DNA of 64,000 bases from Mobula birostris (GCF_030028105.1 NC_092377.1:138486104-138550103), one strand, 5' to 3'; counted from the stretch's first letter, positions 1-14,280 are shown. Notes: a model not told the origin generated them from the letters alone. Made by a program: numbers and translations.

Positions 1-900
1 GTGCATAATTTTACAAACCTCTATATGATCACCCGTCAACTTGCTAAACTTCTGTGAGAACAACCCCAGTCTATTTAATTTCTTCATTGTCCGGGATGTC
101 GCCCTCTATCCCAAGCAACAACTTGGACCAGCTCTTCAGCATTCTCTCTGTTGCGACTGTAGTGCTGGCCAGAACTGTGGGAAATATTCCAAGTGCAGCA
201 TAACCACTCTTTTGTACAGCTCCAACATGGCGTCCCAATTATTATGCTCAATTCATCTGCCAATGAAGAGAAACATTCCAGTATCTGATCCATCAGCGTC
301 ACCACTTTCAGGGAGCTATGGACTTGCACCTCAAGGTCTCTCTGGCCATCAACACTACGGTCTGCCCCCATTTACACTAAATACCCCATCACAATTTGAC
401 CTCCCAAAGTGCATTGCCTCACATATTCTGGATCAAATTGTATCCACTACTGCTCTAACCAATTTTTCAGCACATCCATGTCGCATTGTATCCTTGCTCC
501 ATTTTCTTTGCCGTTTACAACTCCACTTTTTGTGTCACTTGCAAACTTACTAATTATACCTCTTATATTCTCATACAAGTGCAAAGGTCCCAGCACTGAT
601 CCTATGGTACACAACTTGTTTTCCCTGCAGAAATTTATATTGATGCCATCTTCTCTTAATTAGTCCCTGCCTTTCCAAGTAGTCACAAATCCTGTTCCTC
701 AAAAGCTTCAATTTCCCCACCACGGTACAAGGCTAACCAACTTGTAGCTTCTAGGTTTATTCCAAGTGCCCTTTTTGAAAAAGAGGACAAAATTAGACAT
801 CCTTCAGTCTCTGTTGCTTCACCTGTGGCTAACAAAGATGTAAATATCTGTAAGAGCCCCGGGACTCCTCCCTTATCCTCCATGATATTCTCCAATAGAT
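1..900 (-). mobile_element. Degraded CR1 LINE fragment(s)
   Basis: Minus-strand remnants SVDGQRDLEVQVHSSLKV and FKKG...YKLVSLVPW-type ORF2 motifs. Confidence 0.7.
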
Positions 901-1759
901 CTTGCATTTTCACCTTCCTGATATGGATGTGCTTCAGAATATCAGTGTAATTCTCCTCAATTCTCCAAACTCCATCACAAATCTTTCACAAATACACCAG
1001 CCTATTAAATCCCTTTTAGGATTGCCATACCTACTCGCTAAACAAACAACCCAATTTTAAATCTTACAACTTTCAGTTACTTTGAATTTTCATTCTTTTT
1101 AATAGATTCATCTTAAAGTTATAAAAGCAGTCTTCCATCTCAAACTACACACTTTTTCAAACATTAATTCTACTTTCGGTCAACCATGACGGCCAATTAT
1201 ATTAAAACAGTGCAATGATGACTTGCTTTTCCAGAAACAATCAGTGGGGAAAAATATTGTGCAAGGATAAGAACAGTGATTGGTAACAGTTAAGAACACC
1301 AATAGTTACTCAGTAACAAGTCACTTCAAACTTGAAGTTTTAGTCATCCATTCTAGATGCTGCTCATGGCAGAGCACAGTGTCCAACAAGCCAAATATAG
1401 ATGAATAATAGTGTCTTCCATGTTCATCTGAGTAAAAAAGAACACAAATGGCACCAGAATCCAGAATTTAGGCAGTAAAGAAATATTCTAGGCTCCTAGT
1501 CTGGATCGAAGTCTAGGTATTTCCAAAAGAAACGTAAGTGCTATTGTTCAATGCTGGCAGATCAGGCCGTACTGTGAAAGCTACATCAACAGATAACAGT
1601 TTGAGGCATCTTTTTCACTGCACCTAAAATAAGATCAGAGGAGGTAGGATTGTTAAAAAGATTGACACGATTTAATTTTCTTTTAATTGATTGCCATCAT
1701 TTATCGAAATTGGATTGTCAGGATAATTGTTTATTGGTATGCTTCCAATAAGCATATAC

Positions 1760-1982
1760 AACTGTTTATCTGTGTGACTGGAGAACACATATCATAGCAC
1801 AATGGTCTTTATTAATTTGTACATTATTGCACAGTATGGCACATTGGTAAATTATTACTTTATATTATTCTGTACTTTATTAGTTAACATATTTATTATT
1901 ATTGCTAAGTTTATTTTTAAATTTTGCTGCTGTAATAAAATAATTTCCCACTCGGGATTTATAAAGTACTTATTATTATTTT
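1760..1982 (+). mobile_element. 3' tail of Rex1-family LINE (same family as 47325-47950)
   Basis: Near-identical to 47735-47950 (gacaggagaacacacatca...taatttcccactcggga...aaagtactt(att)n). Confidence 0.8.
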
Positions 1983-2869
1983 CCTCGATTTGCACTCAAC
2001 CTTCAGAGTTCTAAAAATGAACAATACAAGGTGAGTAATGAAAATAATTCAATGGCAGCTTCACAAATCATGCCAGCTCAAAGAGGAAGCTACTACTTAA
2101 GAGTATGAACAAATACAAAATATGCAAAATGGTTCCTTCCCTAATCATTTCCTACCAATGTAACCTTCCAGAAAACAAAAATGGAGAATGGCCAATATTT
2201 CACTACCACCCAAGGATGAAATTAAGGTAAAGAGATTAGTGAAATGGAGTTAGCGCATTCTCCCACACACTGAAGTACAGAAGTATTAGCAAAAGGCTTC
2301 AGTTTCATTCATAGTACATCAGCATCGACTTCCAAAGTTCTCAAACTGCACAAAAAAGGGCCTGCACTAGAATTTTAACAGCCACCAAAGCTTCAGCACA
2401 ACATCCTCAATCTATTAAGTTTTTGAAATCACATCTGTCCCTGTCAGACTTACAACTTGCTTACAACATCTTCACAGCCAGAACCATAGCTCTAGGATTC
2501 CAATATATACAGAAGAAACTTTGTGTGTAAGCAATCATCTTACATTATTACAATGAACTGGAATGAGATGGAGTAAGTCCTCTCAAATCATTACCCATAG
2601 TAGAGAAACAATATGTGCTGCTCGTGCATTTTCACACACACAAGAATGCTTCAGCACCTGCAAGGATATTGTTTCACAACAGAAGAAAACTCAAATGTGC
2701 AAAGAGTATAATTATTTCTGCCAAAAATGTAAAAGGATATTCCAAAATTTCATCATAGTCTGAAAAAACCTAGGGAATTAATAATCTTGATATCATACTA
2801 AATTCCAACAATAAGACAGTACTTACTTTGTTTTAATGTATTTCACTGCTATAAAATGTTAACTCTCAT

Positions 2870-3165
2870 CAACTAATCTTCAGGATATTTTGCATCAGTA
2901 CTTCAATTGACTCTTTTAAGTCCAGGCTCAAAACTCACCGTTATTCACTAGCATTTGAATCTTCCTGATATGGCTGATTTTTTGGCTTGTGCTTAGGCTC
3001 ATGTGTTGTTTATTTTATGCCAATAAGCTGTGTACCTTGTTGTTTATATCTGTGTTTCTTGTATTTGTGATTTTAGCTACCTGTTATGGATTGTACAGCA
3101 CTTTGGTCAATATGGGTTGTTTTTAAATGTGCTTTATAAATAAATTTGACTTGACTTAACTTCAA
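2870..3165 (+). mobile_element. L2 LINE 3' end
   Basis: Terminal motif tgtacagcactttggtcaa...gtgctttataaataaatttgacttgactt. Confidence 0.65.
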
Positions 3166-4593
3166 ATAAAGAGCAGTTAACAATAGATGCACACTTTTCA
3201 CCACCACTAAAGGCACAGAAATCTGCTGTGAAACTGGCTCAGCAATAAAGTGAAGTAAGACTTCCTCTTGAAGGAGACAAGAACATGCAGGTCCTGTAGT
3301 CTACAGCTACAGAAAACAAACTGATGGTGGAACTCAATAGGACTAGCAGCATCTGTGGAGGCATAGAGCCTCTCAATCAAGGACTTCTGAGGGAATTTAC
3401 TTCATTATAAGAGCAGGCCCTGGTAACATTTAGATTTTAACTACAGAAGGAGTTAAAAATAGTTTATCCACACTTTGATAAGCATGCAGTAGAGAAAACT
3501 CTGGCCTTTCTGCACACATCTTCTTTCAAAGAACAAATTTCTAAGATGGCATCATTGTGCTCAAAAAATTTGAACAGAAAACAGAATCCTAAAAGCAAAA
3601 CATCAATTTAGCCAATTTCTTATAAATGCAATGGAAAAGACATGGAAGCTATCCAATAAAATGAACTAGTTTGCAAATAATAAAATCTATGATTACACAC
3701 TCAAAAACATGGGATACAATAAAAGCATATTAATAATCCAATCTTGCTTTGGACATTACTGAGGTGCATTGACTCAATTCACTGCTCTTAGTCACACCAA
3801 TCAAAACGCTACAATTTTCTTGGTTGCGGGTAATGAAGTGTTCCCTATTTAGCACCAAAAATGGACATAGAGTATTTATAGGGACAAATTATATTATATG
3901 GAAACAGCAACATACATTGAAAATAATACTTAAAATGACCCAAAGAGATCACCAGACAGGATTTGACAACACAAAGATATTAGAATAGATATCCAAAGTT
4001 TGAAGTGTCATATTGAGGACAAGAGAGAAGCACAAATGAAGAGTTTTGGTGAGGAATAGCCAAACCTCAGAGCCTGGGCAGCTGATAACTGATTGTAAAA
4101 TAAAAGCAACAGGTAAGTGCACAAGAGAACTGGAGACAGACAAGTGTTTAGAGAATTGTAATACCGGACTACTTTACATAGTACAGTCTGAGGTAGAGAG
4201 CAGTGAAGGGAAAGGCACCACTGCGGAATATGAATGAAGATCTTCATAGACCAGTATGGAGGTTAAAATACATTAGGATGACAAAGGAATAATAACAAGC
4301 CAAGAGATGAGAGATTAGAGATTCATAAAAGGATGTATAGATAACAGAGCTCGGCCAGAAGAGAGGCCATTTTAAGATACATTATCTCACTAGTGTTGAG
4401 AATGGAAACTGGTGAAAATAGTCCTAAGTCATCATACGTTTGTTTAAATTATGCCAAAGAATTCTGACAAGTAGTCTAAGTGGACAAAGGAAAACAGCCT
4501 TGAATGTTTACAGAATCAAACAGTAAGAGGAATTATAATGAAAAACAATTACATTACAATTTCTTTGGATATTTGATGACAGTGAAGTTGTAC

Positions 4594-5274
4594 CTTATTT
4601 ACAGAGTTTCCACAGTCTGTCTTGCATTCCTCATGCTCTACCTTAATGACTTTATGTTCCTGTCTCTCGGCACTGACAGATTCATGTTTACTTCTCTTCT
4701 TTTTTTCCCTTTTCTGCTTGCGAGACAATGCGGATTCAGCCGCAAGAGCCTGCTGTTCATTTAGAAGATCCCCACACAGCGAGGACTCAAATAGCGCCTT
4801 CCCATTGTGGTAAGTCTTAGTTATTCGCAGCTTGATCTCAGGAGAGCCTGTCTTCTTTGGGGTGACAGGTTCAGGAACAGGTGGAGAGGGCACTTTCTCC
4901 TGAATTTCATGTTGCTTCACCAAGTAGTTTTCTCCTAAGTAATAGTCACTGGAACCAAAATTCCTATATGTGCCATAACCATTGGCAGATCCATTGGGGA
5001 GTTGGGAATATGCTGGGCATTTGCTCGGTGATTCATACATATTAACGGTTGAGTAGCCATTGGTAACTGGTGGAATAGTATCAGCTCCAGAAGCAGGATA
5101 AGTAAAGCCTTGTTGTAGGGAAGCCTCATACGATTGCCCTCTGTCTTCCCCAATGCCACCACTGGCATTCAGGACGTCAGGAACCTGCCTCATATTGGCT
5201 GAATCAATAAGTTGTTGTGGCAGTTGAATCGTGTTTCCCATGATACCTTTCATGAATGTGAAGGAGAAATCCAT
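4594..5274 (-). CDS. NSD3: NSD3/WHSC1L1 histone-lysine N-methyltransferase, coding part of first coding exon (exon ~4594-5318, 227 codons, phase-0 end)
   Basis: Translation [27 protein letters not shown]...[35 protein letters not shown] closely matches the recalled vertebrate NSD3 N-terminus. Acceptor ...gtcattccatAG|GCTCAA at 5319/5318 leaves 44 nt of 5'UTR. Probable donor AATAAG|GTACAA at 4594/4593. No further exons recognised in 1-4593. Confidence 0.95.
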
Positions 5275-5977
5275 CGTGTTGCCCCAGCATCCTCAACTTT
5301 CCCTCTCTCCAGTTGAGCCTATGGAATGACAACAAATGTACATCATTAATCTTCACCCACCATTTAACAAGCGGCAACTCACAACTAAGTTCCTGCTAAA
5401 ATAAGGCATGCAAAACAAACTCAAATTTATATCAGACACTAAATTCACAGTATTACACAAAAAGTCAGCTAAAATTATTCTGACTTAACAACAAATAATT
5501 GTTTTTATTCCATGAACATTCAAGATTTTGTTCAAACTACTGAGTCTTCCATTACATTCCAGTTCTTTCAAGAAACGATTAGACTAGTCATCTGGTTTGA
5601 CAGTTTAGTGAATTACCATTAAAACAAGGGAAGCAAAGTACAGCAAAAGTTAAAACACTAACTCATTTGAAGGCAGTAACACAACAAATGATTATTCATA
5701 AGAAATTTTGGGTAGAAGGAATCCATAAATGTTTCTTAAAAAAAAAACACTTGGGAACATTTTCCTACACACAAGTGCTGGTGTCATTTGGTCCCATTTG
5801 CTAGCTCTGCGCAAATCCTTTTACGTTGTTATAATTCTAGTGGTTCCAATTAATGGCATGATTCACTTGACTTCAATAGCTTTTTGCGGCAAAGCTGTCC
5901 ATATGGCAGAAAAAGGGAGTGAAAACTTGTTTCTAACTTCATATGAAACTCTTTCTTGTTAATTTCATGCTACCTGT

Positions 5978-6670
5978 AGGATGGCAGCACGCTCAGACGC
6001 AGCAGCTACTTTGGTCCAATCAAGGCGTGCCTGTTCATTGTGTATATTTTTTTACAATCACAAGTCACTACTAGAAACTAAGAACATTAAGTACTGCAGG
6101 TCCACCTCATCAGTGAGTTCCTCAATAGCAATGGAGCTAGACTTATTGCGTACTGTTTGTTGTGTCGCCGCATGGACTCGTTGTGTACTGTTGGACGGTG
6201 CACAAGATTGTCTTGGACATTTTTATTGTGATTGCAAAACCCTGTTCGACATTAGTAACATAGAATAAAAATCCAGTTCACTGGACTGATGGCAGGGCAG
6301 CTGCGTTACCTTGGTTGTGGCAAGGCCTAGGCCGATCAGGAGTGGAGACGCCAAGGTGGTGTGGGAGAGCCCCTGCAGAGCATGCTGGAATCTGTACTTA
6401 TGTTGGAGGCTAGACCCTCCCATCAGTGCTGCCCCCCAGTGTTCACTTGGTGGAAGAATAAACTGGACGAGGATAATTTACCATCAATTCTACAGACATG
6501 CTACTAAGAACTTTGGGCTTTATTTTTTGTTCCTTGCAACTGATTTTCTGAAATTGTAATCATATGCATTATTTGTGCTATGTGTTCATGGTAATCTGTG
6601 TTGCACCTTGGCCTCAGGGGAACACTTTCGTTTGGCTATATTCAAGTACAGTTGAATGATAATTGAACAA
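5978..6670 (+). mobile_element. Putative non-autonomous retroelement (Rex1-like 5' and 3' ends)
   Basis: Begins gatggcagcacgctcagacgcagc (similar to the 5' end of 27588-28270) and ends in tgaatgataattgaac. Confidence 0.45.
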
Positions 6671-7409
6671 TACAACATCATTCAGAACTTCAAAGAGTTT
6701 GAATATTTTATTTAGATTTCTGATCCTCACCCTCCCTCCCCCAAAACGATACTCCCTTACAAACTCTTGCTCTACCAAATACCAGTCTGTCCTTAGAACA
6801 AGACTATCTCCCACTTGAGAAATACCATTGTCTACTGCTAAACCATTCTCCTCACAGGGAATTAAAGACACAGCATTGTTCACAACTGCAGTTAAACTGG
6901 GAAAAAAGGGACAACAAATTGACCGTTTGCTCTGCTCCATTGTTACTGATGTGTAAGTGACTGGCATAAGGCAAAGGCTATGTGATTGCAATTTTCTTTA
7001 CCCACATGCATAACCATAAGAATCACAGGCAAAGAAAAACACAAAAATCCTTGTCATCAGGTTCAAGATGTATTGCAGATTAATGAATAACTGACATCAA
7101 AAGTACCCAATATGAAAAATGATTGAACTCAAGTCTTCCATGGCAAAATTACTTAAAAGCTCTGCTACAGAGAAGGCATGTTTTGCATCCAACTAGCCTC
7201 AGGCTATATAACCTGAGGGAAAACAATGCACCTTAAATGGAACATAACAGAAGGAAGGTTTTTGTGCACACCTACACAGGTGAGCAGGGGGATCTGTGTG
7301 TATCCTATATCACCTGATGCTTGTTACTTGTTACATACACGTTCATAGAGTAACTTTCAGGTGTCATGTGGTTAGTTCATGAGTATCCAACTTCTACATT
7401 GCTCAGAAG

Positions 7410-7702
7410 GCTCAGCAGCTTGAAGACTCGTACGGCCAGATTTGGGAACAGCTTCTTTCCAACTGTGATAAGACTGCTGAACGGATCCTGACCCGGTTCT
7501 GGGCCATATCCTCCAAATATCCGGACCTGCCTCTCAGTTTTTTTGCACTACCTGACTTTCCATTTTCTATTTATGATTTATAATTTAAAATTTTAATGTT
7601 TAATATTTGTAATCCAGGGAGCGGGAAGCACAGAATCAAATATCGCTGTGATGATTGTACATTCTAGCATCAATTGTTCAGTGACAATAAAATATAAAGT
7701 AT
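7410..7702 (+). mobile_element. Rex1-family LINE 3' end
   Basis: LKTRTARFGNSFFPTVIRLLN remnant followed by 3'UTR ending gacaataaa(aaagtat)n. Confidence 0.7.
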
Positions 7703-8729
7703 AAAATTCTGAAACACACTTCATTTTAGCTACACTGAAACTCAGTTTGTACATTGCTTGATTGCAGCCTTTCTCCCAAAAAGTGTTAATTTGTGTGCCG
7801 CTTTTACACTGCAATAAATAAAATAAAAAACAAAATGCTATTATTACAGACATCCAGTTAGACATGTCATGCCCAAGAACAACAAGCTAGAGCATTTATC
7901 ATTTATTGAAAATAACTTAAAACCGTGAATCTGGAGTACATTATCATAAACACATTAACCCAAAGGAATTACCCCAAAAATCAGTAATTTAGATACTTAA
8001 CGCCTAATGGAAGGGATTTGCAAATAGCAGTGAAAATGAGAATTTTCTTTCACGAGTCACTGAATTACAGAAAAACAAGTACTTTCCTAAAATGATAAAG
8101 TAGGGAAGGCTGGGGGTGAAGGGGTGATGACACGGAAGATGTAGAAATGACGTGAAGATACCTTCCTTTAAATATTTGATCGTCTTCAAAAGGAAAAATA
8201 TCCCATTTTCAATCCCCAGATAAAATGTAAATCAAACTAAAATGCAAATGCAGGCAGAGTGATTTTTATCCAAGGTATTTGCTGGTTTAAGGTGATTAAG
8301 ACTTCACAGAATCACTGCCGAACATTCTTTATAAACCTCTGACAAGACATTTCAAAAGCAACTCCTTATCTAAACATTTGCAAGCAATCTGATTGGAATC
8401 CATGCACTTCCTCTCCCCTTCTACAATGCACATCTATTCACTCATTTTCATACAAAAGATGCAAGGAGAACTGCTGAGAAGCTTTTCTATTTTTAAAATG
8501 ACTGCTAAAAATGACAGAACTGCAAACATTATGGAACCTCTTATGCAACAAAGATGCAGCTCTAATCCAATAAGGAGCTACATAAAGGGTAATATACCTA
8601 CTATCAATCTTGTTCCATTACCAATGAGAAAACTGACATGAGGAGAAATTAAATTTTGGATACAGAATTCTAAAAAGCTCCTTTCAAAACTAAAAAATTA
8701 TCTGTTAGAAATTACTCATTTTGCAAATA

Positions 8730-9453
8730 CAGTGGATTCCAGTTAATTAGGACACATCAGGACCAGTACATTTTGACCCAATTAAGCGGCTGCACCAATT
8801 AACCTAAGTTGCATGGAAATAGATAAAACCTTTAAAAAAGACAAACTACCATTTAACTGAGTAACAAATTATGTATGTAAATGAATACATAAATACCACA
8901 AATACTACTACATATTATAAAACTGCGGACAGCATTAGTTCCTGTGAGACAGTATGCTGCTGTTCTTTTGATTAACTATAAATGAAAATCAGCAGACACC
9001 TAGTGCAGATAATCGACTGCCTTCATACAACGCTTTCAATGAATGCATGCAAAAAATCTTCATTTTCATTATAACATTCAAAATGATTGTTGATACCTTT
9101 AAATTATTTGTAGACCCCAACTATGTAGTGAAATAGTTTTATTTTCCCTCTCAGCCATTTCTGGCATCTTCAAGCCTGAATGCTTGAAATCGCAGTGAGC
9201 AAAACAGTTCTGAATTATTTATTTTTATTTATTGCCATACAGCACTTACTCTTCACCAACTATCAGTGACAAAAATCACTGCTCTTTGAACACAAACACA
9301 CGCAATTGACACTAGTCAGAAATTGTTGGGCAACGGTCTCCTATCCCAATGAACTGGCATAGTGTCCCAAATAAATGAAGAGAATTCAGGCTACGTTCTC
9401 AATTAGTTGTTCCAACCCGATTAACCGATGGTCCAATTAACCAGATTCCACTA
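8730..9453. mobile_element. Tigger/pogo-type non-autonomous DNA transposon
   Basis: TA|CAGTGGATTCCAGTTAATTAG ... CCAATTAACCAGATTCCACTA|TA: imperfect TIRs with TA duplication. Confidence 0.8.
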
Positions 9454-10094
9454 TACATGGGAAATATAATTATTTTCAACACATTATAGCTGGCAAATCA
9501 AATTGTAGAGTCTTGCCCCTTCATATTGGATTAAACTCTGCCAATACATTTTCCATAATTTCCAAGTATGCTGTACTTCAATCTGTGCTTCTCAGTAATG
9601 CAATGCTCCCTTCACAATAACTTCTCAACAGTCATGCAAAGTACTGCATGAGCAATTTTTTTTTAAACATCCAAACAGTTCATTTTATTTTACATTTAAT
9701 GAGTTTCAAACAAACCACCATTTCATACGGTCACATATACAGAATTCCTTACAGATCTTACTTCGGCACATCAAGCATTCAAACAAACTTGATGGGTTAA
9801 TGCACCAGTGTAATATTAATCCCCAGACATCAACTGAGGACTCAACAGTCAAATCAACACAAAGAAGAGCTACTACATTTCTTTTCACCCCATTTATTCA
9901 AGTTTTTGAGGAATTATATTTTACGTAACTTTTATTGGGAGTAAATCAAGTCTGGAGAAACAAGTATATGCTCACTTCTATACAGGGACTCTCAGAGTAA
10001 TGAATTGTTTGACTTAGAGAAATCTAACTTTACACGAATTCTCCCATACATTTTTAAAACAATAATAATTAAATGTTTCATGTTATTCATGAAT

Positions 10095-10672
10095 ACTATC
10101 TGCTTTGTCAAAGAGGGGGAAAAGACCAACAGAACACCAGAAACCAACCGGGTTGCTCTTCACTGTGCAGGAATGGAAGCTAAAAGCAGACCTGGGAAAA
10201 CAGCTGCAGTTTCCTTCCCGCATCACAGAGACTACATTGCCGCCGCTTATGCTTGAGCTTACCGTGCCGTGGGAAGAACGCACGGAGGAGGCCTACGAGC
10301 AGAAAAGAGCCAAGTATGAAGATCTGAAGAACAATTGCCAAAGAAGAGGCTGGAGAGCAAAGTGTTGGCCCGTGGAGGTCGGGTGTCGTGGCTTTGCAGG
10401 CCAGTCACTCTGCAAAGTATACACTGCACTTGGAATCACAGGAGAGAGAAGAAGGAGAGCCATTTCTACCACCACAGTGCAGCAGAGAAAGTGTCAACAT
10501 GGCCCTGGATAAAGAGGGCAGATCCATGGGTTGCTGCTAGGGCACAGGTCGGGGTCCGATCAACCCCGGTCGGGTCACCTGGGCGAGGGTGTATGATGTT
10601 GGAAGACCCGAAACACATGACGACCCCAGGTAACATCACTGATGATGTGCCCTAGCTTAGCATCATGCAGAT
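10095..10672 (+). mobile_element. 3' fragment of RLE-type non-LTR retrotransposon (Hero-like)
   Basis: LELTVPWEERTEEAYEQKRAKY...CWPVEVGCRGF restriction-like endonuclease motif (deletion at the RPD motif) plus short 3'UTR. Confidence 0.8.
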
Positions 10673-11919
10673 ATTTCTGTAAGAAGTAGTGACTGGATAC
10701 AGTATGTGCTTCATTAGTTTCATTATGGGTAGTGTTAACATGATTATTGAATGAAATGAGAAATTACATCAACGTACTATGTGGCAGCTATGTAAAATGG
10801 ACATTTCTGACTTACAGAGAAATCAGCTTCTAGACAGAAACAGAATCTGGCAATCCCCTATGTAACCTGGGGATTGCCTATCCCCCTCTACCCTCTCAGT
10901 TCTTATGCAGTCTTGTTCGGGAAATGTCAAACCTTTGCTTCCACAGATGCTTTTCAATCCACCGAGTTCTTCCTGCAGTTTATTTTTTGTTCAAAACCCA
11001 ACTCTATTTGGGTGAAAGTGATAATAGTGGCACAGCAATAGGATTTGGGGTTACAAAATCAATGGGGTAAACAATCAGGCCTTATCACCAAAGCTCTTGC
11101 TGGAATGTACAGTTACACAGAAATCATGTGCTTCAACAGAAGGCAGGGAATTCTGGAGGGAAAATAGAAAACTGGATTACAAAAAAAGTGGGACTGGGGG
11201 TGGGGCGTGGAAAAGGAAAAGTGGAAAATCTCAAACAGCTGAAAGCTACAAGGACACATCACCAGATAATGCAAATTGATGGTCTGTTTCAGTCAGCAGC
11301 ACTTGCATTTTTGTGGTGCAAAGGAATCCAAAAAAGAAATTAAAGTGTTTGAAACACTGTAAGGCATGGAGTAAAATGGTAATAAATAACTCTGATGGCA
11401 AATAAGAAAATCCTTCTTCACTGTTTATCTTCTGCAAGCATTAAATGTTCATTTCAATGTCTCACTTTCCTGACATGCTACATTTCCTTTGCCCAAAAGG
11501 GTGGGAAAAAAGCTGCTGATAGGTTTTCTGCTAGACCGCTGAGCTGCACAGAGTGACTCAGCTGCTCATATTCCTTCCCTATGTACGAGAGACCAAGAAC
11601 ACAATTCTGAGCATGAAGCCACATCCTTTCAGCATCACCTGCCCTATTCAAATCACAACATTTTTAAGTAACAAAGCAGACAGAGCAAAACCCCAGCTGC
11701 ATCCTTCTCCTTGGAATAAAGTAGAATCTTTTTTTCTAAAACAAAATCAAAACCATGTTTCTGAAAGAGGACACTGGAATTGTGGAAATCATCAGAAGCA
11801 GTACTCTGTTTTGAAAGGTACAACATCACAACATCATATCATATCCAACATTTTTTTTCTTAAACCAAGATCATGATCAAATGAATTTTACTTTCCAAAT
11901 CTTGGATGGACAAAGAATG

Positions 11920-12480
11920 CCTATAGGACCATGAGCAGCATTAGGCCATTCAGCCCATCGTGTCTGCTTGCCATGCGATCGTGATTCCCTCTCAATCGTA
12001 TTCTTTTGACTTCCCCTGTAATCATTCACACCCTTACTAATTAAGGACATATCACCCTCCGCTTTAAATATACTCATGACTGGGCCTCCACAGCCATTTG
12101 TGGCAATGAATTCCACATATTCACCACCCCCTGGCTAAAGAAATCCCTCCTCATTTCTGTTCTAAAGGGATGTCCTTCTATTCTGAGGCTGTGCCCTCTG
12201 GTCCTACACGCCCTCATTATTAGAAATACCCTCTCTACATCTACTATCAAGATCTTTCAATATTTGGTAGGTTTTATTGAGATCCCCCTTCATTCTTATG
12301 AACTCCAACAAGTAAGTGCCCAGACCAATCAAATGCTCCTCATACACTAACCCTTTTCCTCCTAGGATTATTCTTGTAAACCTTCTGGACTCTCTGTAAT
12401 ACAAGCAGATTCATTCTCAGATTATGGGCCCAAAATTGCTTGCAATACTATATTCCAAAACGCGGTCTGCCTTATAAAAG
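11920..12480 (-). mobile_element. CR1 LINE 3' fragment
   Basis: YEEHLIGLGTYLLEFIRMKGDL remnant and CR1 3' end (tgggctgaatggcctaatgctgctc). Confidence 0.8.
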
Positions 12481-14164
12481 TTCATTGCTTTGGCATGAAG
12501 GAAACAGAGTATATCCTGGACTGGAGGTGAAATACATTCTTGAAGCTCTGTCCGTGTGGATATACCTACTATGAAGAGCTGATATTGAAAAAGCTTTTAT
12601 CAATTCCAGTAGCCACTCTAAAGAAATTTAACTATTTGACATCAATCTAGTTCAACGGCATTTCTCCAGGAAACCAAATTATAACTCTCAAGGTATTCTT
12701 TTATCTTCTCTGAACAACAGAGACATTTTGTTACACAGTATTAAAGGGCTCACTGCACACAAAATACTATCTGATTATATTAAAAGTGCAAAATTTGTGG
12801 AAGGACCTTGTTGCTCCATTTTCCCCCCTCTAAATATTTTCAGAGGATTCAATACAAAGGTAGATGAGGTTCCACATTATCTTATGCTAACTCCCATCCC
12901 TCATGAATAACTCGAATGACTTCCATCAGTTTCCAATGTCATCTGAAAAACAGTGTTTGTGTACTAAATATTACATCCAGTAGTATCTGCAAACCATCAA
13001 GTGGCTAATGTATTTACAGTTGTTTTGGCAAGTACACGATCAATACAGCACACCGCTCGTTCTTCCTTGATAAACAATATCTCAAATGGTACTCAAGTGA
13101 TAGATTTTGTACTTGCCAATTACCTTAAAAACACACTTTTTCTTAATAAAAAAAGTTGAAAAGGAAAATTTGTCTGAATAAATGTCTTCACATGAAATCT
13201 TCAAATTATTCTTGTAAAGACACAAAATCTTTAACGGATCAATTCAAAGCCAAGTCAGTAAAACTATCAGGATAAATGAGGGCACAGAAAATTAAGGAAC
13301 AAAGTCAAAGCTGCCTTGCTATAGGTAGGTAATACTTTTCAATATTCATAAAAGATTGCTACTAATGTTACAGGAATGGGAGAGATAGTAGAGCAATTAG
13401 AGAGCATAATAACCAATTTAAAGAGAGCAGTCAAAAAGATACCAGTGCTCAAGGTCATAAATCACCTAGTCTGAATTGGATGCATCCTTGGCTGCAGAGA
13501 AAAACAAGGCTGGAAGTAAAGCACACCTTAATTTTAGTTTCCTTAGGGTGCAAAAGTGATGCAAGAGAACTGAGAGATTATAAAGTGTAACGCTCTCATC
13601 CCACCAGAGAGAACAGCTTAAGCTGTTGCTCCATTGTTCACTGTTGGGAAATTTGATAAAAAGAATCCAAGTTTAAAAAATTCATCAAGATAATTAGAAA
13701 AATTATCAAGTAAATAAGCGACAAACAGCTTGCTAAACACAAGCCATGGCCGACAAAACCAATTTGTTGATAATATAATCACGGTTGATACAGCATAAAT
13801 GGACTTTCAAATTGGTTTGATATATAGAATTTGCAGAGCATGCTGGTGAAATGGGCGTCCACTGAATTAGAGAGTTAATGGGAGCATGAATACAAAGCTG
13901 ATGAAATAACCTAAGTGTTGCAAGGAATTGTTTCATTTTTACATTGATGAACTGTATCACTGCTACTGTTCTTCTTGTCAGATACACAAACAATGCATAA
14001 TTATGAAATCTGAGGTGATAAGAAACTCAGATATATAGTAAGTAGTGAGAAAAACACAAGCAGTTTGCATTGATACATGGTGAACAAAATGTAATGTGTA
14101 AAGTGAGACATTTTGGAAAGGAAAACACATTATAAACTGAGAAATCTATTATAACACAAGATTT

Positions 14165-14280
14165 TGGAAATCTACAGCAACACGCACAAAATGCTGGAGG
14201 AACTCAGCAAGTCAGGCAGCATCTGTGGAGGGGAATAAACAGTCAATGTTTCAGACCAAGACCTTTCATCAGGACTGGAA
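14165..14280 (-). mobile_element. Penelope-derived short element with degenerate minimal hammerhead (14240-14277)
   Basis: Reverse complement CAGTC-CTGATGA-AAGGTCTTGGTCT-GAAA-CATT-GACTG followed by GATGCTGCCTGACTTGCTGAGTTCCTCCAGCA. Confidence 0.75.

Noticed and set aside
4549-4593. Last 14 codons of the 241-aa ORF
   Set aside because: Probably intronic read-through past the AAG|GTACAA donor; NSD3 continues in downstream exons.
10585-10655. Hammerhead in the Hero-like 3'UTR (GAAAC ... CTGATGA)
   Set aside because: Core words are present but the flanks cannot form stem II in the required topology.
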